From contig NW_002060943.1 in assembly GCF_000150275.1 (NCBI RefSeq), forward strand, positions 5,228,008-5,292,007: a DNA stretch of 64,000 nt. Direction: 5' to 3'. The DNA comes from Trichoplax adhaerens (Eukaryota; Animalia; Placozoa). The notes beneath the pieces are model-generated. The model made no database searches and was not told the origin of the DNA. It saw only the letters and a program-made list of their open reading frames with translations. Below, piece by piece: positions 25,770 to 39,072 of this stretch. Position 1 is the first letter of the stretch, and each line of letters opens with the position of its first letter. Both the position numbers and the translations under genes were made by a program.

Positions 25770-26990
25770 TATATCGTAAATTTTGCGCTTGTTAACGGTT
25801 GGAGTTGGCTTGATTTTTGTACAGGATAGGTGACATTTTAGTTTGAAATTGTAAAGTTTCGCTTAAGATCGTATGTACTGTAGGAGTGTCCAGGCTCATT
25901 TTTGAGATGGGGACAATTTAGGGTAGAGACCCTGTATGTTAATAATTTATAGCCAATAATACCGATATACTCGAATTGTGAAATTTACTTTTACAATTAA
26001 ATAGAATTTTAAACAGGATGGGAGATATGACAATTGGAAATCACGTGAATATCGTGTAAGGTCATTTTTTTAGAAATGGGTAGGCTACTTTTTGAGATAG
26101 AAAGAGAATCTATGACCAATTTTGCGCTAGTTCAATGACCGCAGTCAATGGATTTTTGTCCAGGGTAGAAACATTACTATTAGAAATTGCAATAGTATCC
26201 TATCTTGTAAAATCATTTGTAGGAGTGTGTAAGCTAACTTTTGAGAATTAGCCTAAGGCAGACACCTAGTATGTTTGTAGAAGGCTTGTAATCTCAAGTC
26301 TATCGTGCATTTTGTGCTCGTTGACAATTGCAGTCAGTGGATTTTTGGGTACAGGATAAGCGACATTCTAACTAGAAGGTACAAGAATACGATGAATGTC
26401 ATTTGTAGCAGTCTCTAGACTAACTTTTGAGAACTGGCCTAAGGCAGACACCTAGTACAATATGTGGAAGGCTTGTAATCTCAAGTCTATCGTGCATTTT
26501 GTGCTCGTTGACAATTGCAGTCAGTGGATTTTGGGGTACAGGATAAGCGACATTCTAACTAGAAGGTACAAGAATACGATGAATGTCATTTGTAGCAGTC
26601 TCTAGACTAACTTTTGAGAACTAGCCTAAGGCAGACACCTAGTATGTTTGTAGAAGGCTTGTAATCTCAAGTCTATCGTGAATTTTGTGCTCGTTGACAA
26701 TTGCAGTCAGTGGATTTTGGGGTACAGGATAAGCGACATTCTAACTAGAAGCTACAAGAATACGATGAATGTCATTTGTAGCAGTCTCTAGACTAACTTT
26801 TGAGAACTGGCCTAAGGCAGACACCTAGTACAGTATGTGAAAGGCTTGTAATCTAAAATCTATCGGGAATTTTGTGCTCGTTGGCTTTTGCAGTCCGTCG
26901 ATTTTTTCATACAGGATAAGCGCCATTGCAACTAGGAAGCTACAAGAATACGCTAAATATCATTTGTAGGAGTGTCCAGGCTACATATGG
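25770..26990. repeat. Tandem repeat, ~186-bp unit; ~4 near-identical copies plus degenerate upstream copies
   Basis: GCCTAAGGCAGACACCTAGTA recurs at ~26251, 26437, 26624 and 26810. Diverged units (TGTAGGAGTGT, TTTTGAGA, TACAGGATA) extend back to ~25770. Confidence 0.93.
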
Positions 26991-27421
26991 TTATGCCTGC
27001 AGTTTATGCATGGAACGCCAGTCCAATTGCATATTGCAAAAGAGGAGAAATAGCCCATTTTACGCTTTCACATTATACACATCGTGTATTACGTATGGCT
27101 ATGAGTGGAGAGTTTTGGGATCGGGTTTTTATCGATTCTAGTCTCCAGTCTCGACTGGATTCTTCCTATCGACAGTGGAAAAAATGTTTCATGTCGGACA
27201 GCTCGTCTATTGGAACGTATTACTCCTTCCATTCTGACTGTCCGCCTACCGACTACAGTATTACGTAACGGATTGCAATTCATGCCTGTTGTTGGCTAAA
27301 ATGGTTGTATAGCATTAATGCATAGTTTGATTGATTGTATATGGTTGAAAATGATGTCAGACTGTCAGAATGAAGAGATTCTTTTTTACTCCTGCATTAC
27401 TGCCATAGCAAAGGCAAAAGT

Positions 27422-27778
27422 TGAAGAAATGGCAAATTTTGGGTGCATTTCCTAATGGCGGCCATATATACATCAAGTCTAACGGAATTGACATGACACC
27501 TGAGTAGGATGGCATCCATGTCATCACACCCTGACTGTATCGCTTAACTGAAGATGATGGATCAATCGATCGATGAATATGACAACGTGGATGGGCATGA
27601 AGAAATGGCAAATTTTGGGTGCATTTGCTAATGGAGGTCGGCCATATCTATATACATCAAGTCTAACGGAATTGACATGATACCTGAGTAGGATGGCATC
27701 CATGTCATCACACCCTGACTGTATCGCTTAACTGAAGATGATGGATCAATCGATCGATGAATACGACAACGTGGATGA
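27422..27778. repeat. Tandem duplication, ~180-bp unit, 2 copies
   Basis: GAAGAAATGGCAAATTTTGGGTGCATTT...GACAACGTGGATG at ~27423 and ~27599. Confidence 0.93.
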
Positions 27779-28398
27779 TATCGATACTAGAGAATATTCT
27801 GGATGATGATTGTCGCCATCCATCCTTGCATCATGCTCGTTATTGCTATTAAGTAGGTTAAATTAGCAGCATGATATATCAATGTCTGCATGCTGCAATG
27901 CATTCATCAGTCGTCAACTGCATCAGATTCAACAGTTGTAAACTATCATGTCCCTACAGATATTCAACAAGTCAAACTAGCTACAAACCAACCTGTATAA
28001 AGGATCAATTCGATGAAATGATTTAGAAATGGAGGTTGTTATCCAATGCAAAGTGCGGCGATGATATCGGGTTAAGATTCAACCGACGATGGCTTACGAT
28101 GATGATCATAATCCAGGATGAAATTAGTCCAATTTATTTCCGATATCTACTAACTCGTCTCTTGTTTTAACGTATGCCACGTCAAGATTGATTTCAAGCC
28201 AATGGCTTACGTTGAATTGACTGGTGTTGCATGTACTGTACAGAACAGCTTACTGCCATACTGGCAATTCAAAAGGCACAACGTTGTTTTGATACGGTAG
28301 TCGGTTTGAATACCAGTGAAAAATCAGTTACAAACTGATGTCATAGTCACCAGTAGGTAGTGTACTGGAACATCGTAAGAGGTATCGTCAAGTACTCC

Positions 28399-28950
28399 CC
28401 ATGCAGTCCAGTCCCACCCATACTGTACGCTATAGACGTGATGTTGTCGATCCATTTGTACAGGACATTTCCTTCCTTCCAGCTGTCTGTCATGGATGCA
28501 AGAAAAACAAAATTTGAATTTTGGGGGAAAATCCAGAGGATACAGTACCTTGCACTGTAGGATCTACAGTGCAAGGTACTGTACTGTCGAGATCTTCATG
28601 GATGAATAACGGTCCAGTTCGATTCGGTGCGGTACGGTACGGTAGGTAGAAGTTGCACCTCTACTGTGATGACTCTCACCCATGCAGTCCAGTCCCACCC
28701 ATACTGTACGCTATAGACGTGATGTTGTCGATCCATTTGTACAGGACATTTCCTTCCTTCCAGCTGTCTGTCATGAATGCAAGAAAAACAAAATTTGAAT
28801 TTTTTTGAAAATCCAGAGGATACAGTACTTTGCATTGTAGGTTTTACAGTGCTACATACTGTGGAGATCTTCATGGATGGGTGACGGCCCAGTTCGGTCC
28901 GGTACGGTGCGGTAGACAGAAGTTTGACCTCTACTGTGATGACTCTCACC
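28399..28950. repeat. Tandem duplication, ~281-bp unit, 2 copies
   Basis: CCATGCAGTCCAGTCCCACCCATACTGTACGCTATAGACGTG... at 28399 and 28680; both copies end in ...CTGTGATGACTCTCACC. Confidence 0.93.
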
Positions 28951-29229
28951 CGTACCGTACAGTGAGAGTTGAGAAAAAAATATACAGACCAAGTAGAGCG
29001 CTAACTCACCTACGCCAGTATGAAACCTTAACTCTACTCTACTGTACAGTACTGTATGGTCTCACCTCAGTCACTGTACAGTACGGTACCATAGACTACA
29101 ATACTGTACTATATACTGTAAATCGTTCCCGGCGTTTTCATTCCATTTATCCTTTCAAAATGGTGCCGGTCGATATGATCCGCCACTTGCAGAAGAAGAA
29201 AGATCTTACTCCTGCACTATGGCACTACA

Positions 29230-29535
29230 GCACAGTACACTGAGTTAGAAGCTGTCATTGATAGTTGGTATAGTCAAAAGTGAAGTTTTGACTAGCGATT
29301 TGTATACCAGTACTGTGCGAGAGTGTGCGGACGTAGTTCAAGCTGAAAGTGACCTTGGCCGTGCCCATCGCGTCCATCGAGTACAGACAGCAGTCCATCC
29401 GTTGGCTCTGCCAAAGCGAGTGCCCCAGGGTGTACACAAGACTGTTCGTTCAGTCAGCGGCCACTGCATTCTGTCTGTACGGTCACGGTATACTTGAAAT
29501 GACCAGTAAAATGGTCGGCCTGCAGTCATTTCAGG
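29230..29535 (+). ncRNA. Candidate structured non-coding RNA, family unrecognised
   Basis: GC-rich island with several nested inverted repeats (9-11 bp). Their G.U wobble pairs work only on the + strand. See findings. Confidence 0.35.
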
Positions 29536-30000
29536 TCCCCAGTTCTATCTATAGTATTATGATGTTGTACAGAGTGCAGGTAAAAAAAAAAAAAACTTCT
29601 ACCATAGACTACCGGTAAGATTTTAGTAGTCTTACCGATAAAGAGTTTAGTAGTCCATTGCCTTTCCGCTCCGCTACAGTACGCACACTACAGTCTCTTT
29701 TTCTGAGTACTGTAGTCAAGGGTGTGTAAATGCTTTACCTGTACAGTACAGCCTGGAAGTAGAAGGTATAGTACTGTAGTGGAGTTGCGCCAGGGACTTA
29801 TTGTCTCTCTCCCAGTACACTACGCATGTGCCAACGCAAGCTGGGGTAAAAATCGCTTCCAAATCATTTCTCGATCCATTTTCTGTTTTTGTTATTCAAG
29901 AGTTTTTTGTCAATGACATCAATGTCTATTTAATATTACAACTGGAGAAAAATCCATCATGTTACTATCTTTTCACTAACGTCCTATCGTCAACATCGCT

Positions 30001-33000
30001 ATGGCCTCTATACCAGTCAGAGATGGACCACAGATTAATTCCGATCTGGATCTATTTCTCAAATTCTTCGTTCAAAAGGTAAAAGGCTATCCACTATGGC
30101 AGATTGTAGCATTTTCCAAGGCCATCACAGACTTAGATCGTGATGGAGGCCAATGTACAACACATTGCTAACGATAACAGACTATACTAGCGTTAAGTGT
30201 CAGTATTTTCCCATAAGATGTCTATTGTAAATGCATTGGACCTTGACCATTCCAGGTGCACTCCATGAAATGACTCTATACTATAGGATTCTCTCTTATG
30301 TTTCAGTCTATCGATTGAATCTTGTATGGCCAAAATCATTTCACCAAACTCCATTTCATCCATGTTATTATCATTCGTCATCATTTCATCCAGCACGGAT
30401 AAATCTTCCATGTAGTTTGAAATAGGGTCTTAAAACAAGAGTAATATCACATGAGATAGCCTTGTCCTTCATTCCTTGTGTTCATTTCAACGATCGTATA
30501 TTTGTCCCATTTTATTAGCTAGGCCTATAACCTACTCATCGCCAGTCATTTTTGGGGGGGATTCATGGCTCTCCAATCTTGACTCAAGTCAATTTCTACT
30601 CCATACTAGAATATCATGTTAGTAATGTTTTTCTTGTTTTTTTTCTTGGGTCATAGGCAACACAAGTAATAGCACAATCAAGAACTGGTCAAAAATACAG
30701 AACAAAATCCAAACCTACTCCTAGATCGACCGATTGGGTAAGTAATAGCCCATCATGATACTCCAAGATCGCTAGCAAGTCAACGTGTACAGTCTATTTG
30801 TTGTCTTGTTCGACGCCAATACTCTCCACTCGTGTCCCTTGGACACGCTAACACAGACAAATGGATTGCCATTGCAATTTCATCGCAAAATATGGCACAA
30901 TAGTTCAATGGATGAGGATGATCAAAGCTTTCTATGTTCGATAGCCATTCTAACAGATAATCTAGACTTGTACTATCAATTTATCATAAAGTAATAGGGA
31001 ATAAACAAGCTAGGCAATAATACGAGCCTTCAATGAATCAGACGATTTCGTCATCATTTTTATAAGCTTGGAAATGTAGTACTATACCATGACTCTACTG
31101 GTAATGTTTCCAGCTTATAATCTTGTCATCTATTCATTGCTTTTCATCTTCATACAAATCAAAAATTGAAACCCAAACCCACTTTACTCTACTCCTCTCA
31201 TCATACTTGCTTCGACGTAGAATTGCCATCATAGTAGCTGACGACGAAAGGATTGTTATACACCAGCTTGTATTGTCGATTGTATTTTATATGACTTGAA
31301 ATATTTCATCATTTAAAATACACAGTAGTCGTCTATGGATGATGATACAACAAGTTGAATGGGTCATCACTAATTGATTATATATATCACTAAATTCATC
31401 CTCAATATGATAAACCCCAAATAACTTTGCAACAGTAGTCAAAACATTTATCCCGCACGTTCATGGTACAGTATTAATCTTGCCAACGGCTCTTGTCCTT
31501 TTCATTGTAAGATCCAATAATTGATTATTTACACAAACCAACCAAGCCAAAAAAATAACCACGTTATTGGTAGCATTCCTCGATACCTTACAACTTCTAA
31601 ATATGTAGAAACTAAAGTTAAGAATTCAAATTGTTTTTCTTATTATGATTTTAGCAGTTACAGTTCTACTGTAACTGTATGCAATACCTCACGCCAACGA
31701 TAATGATGGACTACACCATTGATATGACTATTCTTCCCTATTTCATCATGTCTTCGTAGTCAATTGGCACAATCGGGATAACCAATTGCGCTGTAGTGAA
31801 TAAAGTGAAAAATGCTAGTCAAAACGGATCGATAGGAGAGTAGAGTGTACGTTATTTTAGCATAATATGCAATTAGAAATAGTGGTCATTTGCTCAACGT
31901 TTACCGATAATTGTAATTATGACCCTACTTCAACTTGTTCTCTCAAGATTGATATACAGTACACGAGTACAGCCATGCTGCAGTAAATGCACTTTACTCT
32001 ATGCAGTATATAGTTCTATGTTGTACAGTAAACTTGTCACAGTATACGCAAATACACACTTACTCGTATAATAACCAGGCCTATCAATGCGATTGCCTCT
32101 CTACATTAAAAATTTTATAGTGTAATTGCACTCTTACTCGCTTGCTCTCAGTTAACTTTATGAAAGTAATCACCTTTGATCTACATAATTATCTACATGA
32201 TATCGGCTACTACCTTAAAATCGATTATTCAACCTGCTTTTACTACTGTAGCTTACAAGTTGCTATTTACAGCAAACGATATCATCAGTAAAGAATCAAT
32301 CTTTTAGAGATTAATTGATATCATCGATACAGATTGCTAAATTATCACCAATAAATATAATCAATTTCTGTATTTCCAACGCAAAAGATGAAAGTATTCC
32401 CTTACGGATTTTTGTACTCTATTATCGATAGTTCACGTTAGATTTGGAAGATAATCGAGTCATTATTGATGAGATACGAACGTTATACTCCAGTAAATCG
32501 TTTCGTGAAGACGAGCCATTATGCATGGAAATTTCACTGACATCACCAGAGGTAAGGTGTACTCTTGCTTAGTATCAAAATGTACTGTAATGTTAGTAAT
32601 TCTCACCTTGTAAGTAAGTTTATAAAGTAACTGAAAATGGAATATAGCGAACAGTTACATTGAACATCTTAATTCAGGGAAACTGTATGGTACTGGAAAT
32701 TTGGTCCTTCACCTTGAATACTACCAAGTAAGAATCAGATTGTATAATTGACCATTGCAACCTTTAAATTCCTCCAACTATCACTAGTTATCCAAAGGAA
32801 CTAATTTAATTCCTGTAGTCGCTACTTATGTCTGATTCACATTAATTGTCCATTACAATACTTTTACTGCTTACCTGTAGCATGCGATCGATCTTGATAG
32901 TTTCACGGTCAAAACTACAATTATATTTATCTTTAGAATTGGTAACCTACTATATGAAGTGTTTGTCGCAGAAATAGTAATGCACAATTGTACAGTATAT

Positions 33001-35336
33001 CGTTACATAGTACTGTAATTTAATCTTTCTAATCAGAAGTACTATCGGAATGGATCATGTAAAATAGCCATTAGTACGGTACATAAACTGTTTATTAATA
33101 TTAATAATAGTTGCCAATAAGGTATTAAAATACATACACTAATCACTATATCAAATTATGGATGATACTTAGATTCGATCCTAATGTCCGTGTCCGGTAC
33201 ACAGTTTATAATCGTTTTGGTATGTTGCTAAGATCTCTCTTTGCTGTATCACGCGCCGTGCCGGCATATAATTTAGCAAGGAAACATGGCCATGAGGTTG
33301 ATTTATTATATTGGTAAGTAGTTTATTACCGTAATGTTCATTTCTACAAGTTGAATTGTTCCATCGTGTGATACTCTTGTTCTGGAACTATGATCGCATA
33401 AAATAGTCAATTTAATGGGCGTCTTACAGATTCGTATTCTCATCATACTTTCTCATACTTCTTTATCATACTTTCTATCATCCAGTTTATACTATGGAGA
33501 ACCACAACTTAGTAACTTGGGAGAAGGTAAACTAGATACAACTAATCTTTTAACTACCTCGATATAATTGTAATGGTGCTTACTTAAAAAATATTAACCC
33601 ACAAAGGTTACAAAACACTACAAGTTGGATCTGTCGGGACTCCTGGTGGCTATTTAATTGTGTCTTTAGCGTACAGAAGTAAATATATTCTTGATGACAG
33701 GTATTTTCAAAATTTACTTCGATATGGAGGGAGTGTTATGTACTACTCATTATCTTAGCCATTTGATCATAAAGACTTTTCCATCCTGCCATCATTTTGA
33801 TCAATTTCTTATTGAACGTACTGATTACTATTAACATATACACGTATACAATGGCATTACAAAACTAAATGGACTCAGTCATACTAGATCATAAATGCAG
33901 TTGTTGTTAGAAAGCCAAAGAATTTAACTAAAACCCTATTGTAATAAATTCTACGTGTTACACAGTAGCAATAAACACTATTTTTTAAACAGCAAATCGA
34001 CCTTATAGCTAATATTTTCATTTTCTGCTTAACAACAGATCATCACAAGATACTATTGGGCGTCCTCAGTCTGTGCGACCGAAACTAATTAAGAGTATTA
34101 ACGACGGTCAAGTACTGGATGTAACTATGACCAGCAACTTAAAGTAAGTTTCATAGTAATCTTCTTATACCAAAAATGAATCATTCTCTTATTCACTTAA
34201 AATTTTAAAAATGAATTATGTCTACAAATACAATAGAGACCGAATAACCGATGAATTAGCAAGTGCTATGGCGGATGATTTCAGCAGTAAAAGTTCCACA
34301 ACTGCTGCTGTACCTATTGTTAATAAAGATAAAATACCAAATACTGTCTCCGAATCTCCAGTCTGTCACAGGTATTTATTAATATCACTTCTATTACTAT
34401 GTGTGTTTGCTAAAAACGCTAAATAGCGCACCTTTTTCTTTAGCCTACCTAAAACCACAGTTTTAGCAGCTTTTGTCGAAGGAAGTAGCCCTCAGGTAAG
34501 TGTAAAGCCTTCAAATTTAGGGTTAAAAGATAATTCAGTTGTAGTGGACAACCTCTGGTAGTTTTAAAAGCCAATCATTCATTATTTCTTTAGAATATGA
34601 CACCACCTCGTCGGCCTTCAATGCCTGTCATCTTTTCGTCACCGGTACCATTTCAATCATTATTGCAAGGAAGAAACGTAACCGCCCCTATTTTGGTAAC
34701 GTCAAATAATGTTACTTATCTATCAAATATTTTTACTGATAAATACAATTCGTAGAGACTTGTCTAATAAATTTTTATCTTTTAAATATTATTTCCAAGG
34801 ATAAAGAGGGTATAGACGATTCAGCGGTTACTGGATCTTATGAAGGTACGCTAGGAATTGAAAGTCGGCGCGAAAGTTTTATGGAGGAGGATGATTTCGT
34901 TATGGTAGATTTGGTAAGGATAATTTGATCACTATAAATAATAAGACATTACGTTGCAATGCTTGATATATGTATATTCGAAGATTCACTTATAAACATA
35001 TATTACAGAACCCAGCGTTTGCTACAACACCTTCGCTGGAATCCGATTTAGCTGCGTTTTATCGCGCGTGTCAATCTGCACCTAGACTTAGAATGTTCGA
35101 TAATGATACAGCTCTTGACCTTACTGCACAAGGCCTCGTAAGTTGCGCGTTTGATGTTAGTTAAGGGATATTAAATACTAAGTCAATATCTATCTTAAAA
35201 TAAATAGCTAGGATCATGATTAATATTCTATGTCTAATTAAAATCTTAGGATACGATTGGGCAAGAATTAGACAACTTTAAAAAATTAGGAGAAGAATTT
35301 GAAAGCTCTTTGGGCCCATACGTAAAATTTGAATAG
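30001..35336 (+). CDS. ATG13: Autophagy-related protein 13 (HORMA domain and C-terminal LIR)
   Basis: Exon 1 (30001-30078) MASIPVRDGPQINSDLDLFLKFFVQK; exon 2 (30657-30737) ATQVIAQSRTG...STDW; then PLCMEISLTSPE|GNCMVLEIW, YTVYNRFGMLLRSLFAVSRAVPAYNLARK, VGSVGTPGG, LIR EEDDFVMVDL, DLAAFYRACQSAP, last exon ...GPYVKFE*. Confidence 0.95.
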
Positions 35337-36761
35337 GCTGCGTCAGTTTTTTAAAATGAAAAAATTGGCGATAGTGTCAGTAGTACTAGGCTTTACTGTA
35401 CAAATGTACCTATAAAGCGATAAGTACACTCAATTTGGACTGTATTTTTGTATGTTGATTCTGTACGATAAGTAAGTATTCATGTAATTCGTATGTTGCG
35501 AAAGAGTTTTTGCACAAGTCGCAAGCAAGATTCTATAATAATCTAATTAAAAATTGCAACTATAAAACGTTAGGTTGCGTCCGACGATATCATCGCCTTC
35601 AGATTTATGTCTATTTGAAAAATTGTATTTATTTCATTATAGCGATGATTACTGTTTTTGTTTATTTGTGGCTAAAGTATTTGCGTTTCGGAAGCCACCT
35701 ATGCTGCGAGTTGGCTAAATTTCGATAGGGATTATCATGGGGGTAAATATAATCTTTCGTACAACTATGGGGCTTGTAGCACTGCTTTACTATCAGCTCA
35801 TACTTTTAAAACACTGTACAGTCGAAATAATATTAACATTGTCACTGTATACGTAACTAAGTTGTGATATAAAAAAATTAACTGATTACAAAACTTTTGT
35901 TTCCTTTACTAGATTTGTAAAGAATTTTAGTAACGGTTATAACTGAATTTCCTTAGTAACAAACTTTAAACAAAAATCACGCTTTTTGCTCAGTATCAGT
36001 TATTTCAGCTATTTTAGTCAAAGTAAAGAAATTGTCTGATTTATTGTCTAATATTTACCAGTATTGTTTATGAACGAATTGTTTTGACACTTATGTTTAT
36101 AGTCATATGCTTTCTGGAACTTGCACCAACAACTATTACGACTCAAATTTTAAGTATGCAAGCTTGTATATTTATTTCATTCTGAAATACTGTACTATAG
36201 TTACGGTATTTTAATAATTTTTTTAAGGCAAATCATTTCAAAGAATCAAAAATATTACGTACATATATATATATATATATAAATGTACACTAAATCAGCG
36301 GACAAATAAAAATGAAGAAAATGGAAAGTTAAATTGATAATTGGATTAATAATGTGCTTGTAGATCCTTTCAGTATGCAATTAAAGTTATTCGTAAACAT
36401 GGTAGGAGTGCATAGTTACGTGTCTACAAGACAAGAACATAATAAATAGATTTGTAATGCCATTCCACTTAGAAGTACGTTCGATACTAACTTAGCGACT
36501 ATTTTAATACCAATTTGAGTAATCCTGATATAAACATTGGCTTAAAATTTAGCGTGAAAGATCATAGTTTCAACTAATCATTTACGAGATTATATCTGTA
36601 AAAGTAAAAGAGCCCCCGGTTTAGTAATCAATTCAGCTACGTTACCGTATAATACACCTTAAATGTTCATCTACTTTTAGTTCGGTTGGATAATATTATA
36701 CAAGTAAAAATTTTAAGCTACTTTCAATTTTCTCACCGTATAATTCGTTCCCCATTTGAAA

Positions 36762-38513
36762 ATGATAACGGAATATAGAAATTTTTCCAATGTATATCAC
36801 GATGATAATCTATCGGATGTCAGGCATTTATGTAATGATTTTATTGGTAAGGAATCCCAATCGTATATTTACAGGAACAGTAGGCAAGGAATAAATGTAA
36901 CATGTAGCTATTGTAAAATGAAATTTGTTCACGCTTCGCATTTTTTAAATCATTTATGTCAATTTCATGACATCGACGAAGAGAATGCCAAACATCTAGT
37001 ATCACTTCATCAACAAGATGCAAGTAGTAAAAGTCCTCCGGATCAATCTATTCAACCAATTATAATAGAAGACGATGATGATGATGATATCGACGATAAT
37101 TATAATGGCAAGATGACTAGCAGTGTAATGGTCAATAAAATCAAGTGTCGCTATTGCAATAAACTTATGCTTAGCGTGGCTCAATTAAAACGACATGTTC
37201 AACAGCATACTGGAATTAAATCTCATCGATGCAAGATATGCGGAAAAACTTTTAAAAGTTACTGTAACTACAGAAAGCATACATGGACCCATCGACAAAG
37301 CGGAATACAGTGTCCTGAATGTCATCGCTATTTCAAATCAGAAAAGACGTTAAGATCACATTCCATCCTACATTCTACTCAAGTTGCTATTTATTGTTCA
37401 TTATGTCATCGTAGTTTAAAAAATCTATCAGGATTTAAAATACATCTAAAAAAATTACACAAAGAATTAAGTAAAACTGAGGTTAAACAGCTTTTAGAGC
37501 AAGCACAGCAATATCAAGATCAGCCGCATCTAGATAAGCGGCAATCAAATTCAGAAAACTTGATTAATATAGGAGTAGTGAATGGGATAAAGCGTTTCAA
37601 ACAAATTAATCAAAAGGTAACATCCCCTCTTAATAACGGTAATGAATCATCTCAAATTGCGTTAGAGGATGATGGAGAGGAAATAGACATCGATATAAGC
37701 GATAATGCTGATGATTGTTATCAGAAACAGATGATTAAGGTAAAACAGGATGCAGATACTATTCAATTAAAAATTCGAAAACAATCTATTGATAGTTGCC
37801 ATGATCGAAAAGGAGCTACGATCGTAGTTAATGAAAACGAAATCAACTACACAGTATCGCCAATGCAACGTGATGGGTCTCACACGGAGATAAATTCTAC
37901 CAATCAAGCTAGACAATTTGTTCAGGAAATTTCTCAAGCCTTATCTAGATCCAGCTCGAAGATCATATCAAATTGTCAAAGTAAACGTCAAGGCTGTTCT
38001 ACTATCACTAAAAACTCGGAGGTTTCATTTAAAGTTCCAAAAGTAGATGCAGCTACGTTAAAAAAATCGAATTTGACAACTGCAATAAATTCTAACGGTA
38101 TGTCTGATACGCAGAATTTCAGTCGAGAAATACAACGAGACTGCCAAGATACTACAGGAGAATTGCAAACGGAAACAGAACTAAAGAACGCAATACCTCA
38201 ACATTCTATGATTGTTAAGCGATCCAATGAAAATTATTGTAGGCATAGCAATGCAGTCCATATGTCATATCAGGATTCTACCACTACAGAAACGAATAGC
38301 CAATATGGCAAAAGTGTAGAAGACAACAGTAGCTGTACAGAGCAACAATTGCTATCAGACGTAGAAAGCGAAACTGATATCGAAAATGATGAAACCGATT
38401 CTGTATTGAATATATCTTGGTCTTGGATTCATGAGATTCAATCTCAATTGTTAGGTAATACTAGTAAGGAAGAAATGGATATACAAATCTATAGTGATTC
38501 TGATTGGGAATGA
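36762..38513 (+). CDS. C2H2 zinc-finger protein (5 fingers) with a long acidic/disordered C-terminus; single long ORF
   Basis: 585-codon ORF, first ATG at 36762. Fingers: CSYC..HLCQFH, CRYC..HVQQH (TGIKSH linker), CKIC..HTWTH, CPEC..HSILH, CSLC..HLKKLH. An upstream exon cannot be excluded. Confidence 0.88.
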   Translation: MITEYRNFSNVYHDDNLSDVRHLCNDFIGKESQSYIYRNSRQGINVTCSYCKMKFVHASHFLNHLCQFHDIDEENAKHLVSLHQQDASSKSPPDQSIQPIIIEDDDDDDIDDNYNGKMTSSVMVNKIKCRYCNKLMLSVAQLKRHVQQHTGIKSHRCKICGKTFKSYCNYRKHTWTHRQSGIQCPECHRYFKSEKTLRSHSILHSTQVAIYCSLCHRSLKNLSGFKIHLKKLHKELSKTEVKQLLEQAQQYQDQPHLDKRQSNSENLINIGVVNGIKRFKQINQKVTSPLNNGNESSQIALEDDGEEIDIDISDNADDCYQKQMIKVKQDADTIQLKIRKQSIDSCHDRKGATIVVNENEINYTVSPMQRDGSHTEINSTNQARQFVQEISQALSRSSSKIISNCQSKRQGCSTITKNSEVSFKVPKVDAATLKKSNLTTAINSNGMSDTQNFSREIQRDCQDTTGELQTETELKNAIPQHSMIVKRSNENYCRHSNAVHMSYQDSTTTETNSQYGKSVEDNSSCTEQQLLSDVESETDIENDETDSVLNISWSWIHEIQSQLLGNTSKEEMDIQIYSDSDWE

Positions 38514-39072
38514 CCGAATCGAATCAACTGTAAATTCTGTTAGATTATTGCTAGTAGAAAAGTGACTTAACAACGGATGCGCTATCTTAAGCAATCCATA
38601 TCTACGTTCAGCAAGTAATACTGTTCTCTTAATATACTTGTAAACTGTATGCAGTACTTTACGGTTGCTTTGTTCTTATTGATTGATTTAAATTACCTGA
38701 TATCATATCAGACAATCACTGTAAGAATTAATTAAATCATAACGCAATATGTGCATTGGTAGTAAACAATATAGCACAACAGGAGAGAAATTTATAATTT
38801 CTAATGTAGTAAACGATAATGACGAAAAAATTTTTCACTGTAATGATTTTGTTAATTGATATAAAACACTTTTATTGCCATATTTTAAACATTAACTACA
38901 CCTTAAATAATGCAAAATACTTGGTATGCAGTTATATTTAATTTAAGTTATGCAATATTAGGTGATTATCACCTTGATTACTATAGTTATGGCTTTCAAA
39001 CTTATAGATTTTACAATCTTGTACATCTTACAGGATGAGAAAATTCATGATACAGTACGAAGAAATAAAAAT

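Noticed and set aside
29330-29480. SRP (7SL) RNA, from the GCCACTGCA-like match
   Set aside because: No helix 8 (CAGG-GNRA-AGCA) and no Alu-domain 5' sequence.
24100-30000. HARBI1/Harbinger transposase upstream of ATG13, as in vertebrates
   Set aside because: No DDE-like ORF; the short ORFs here derive from tandem repeats or GC-richer promoter sequence.
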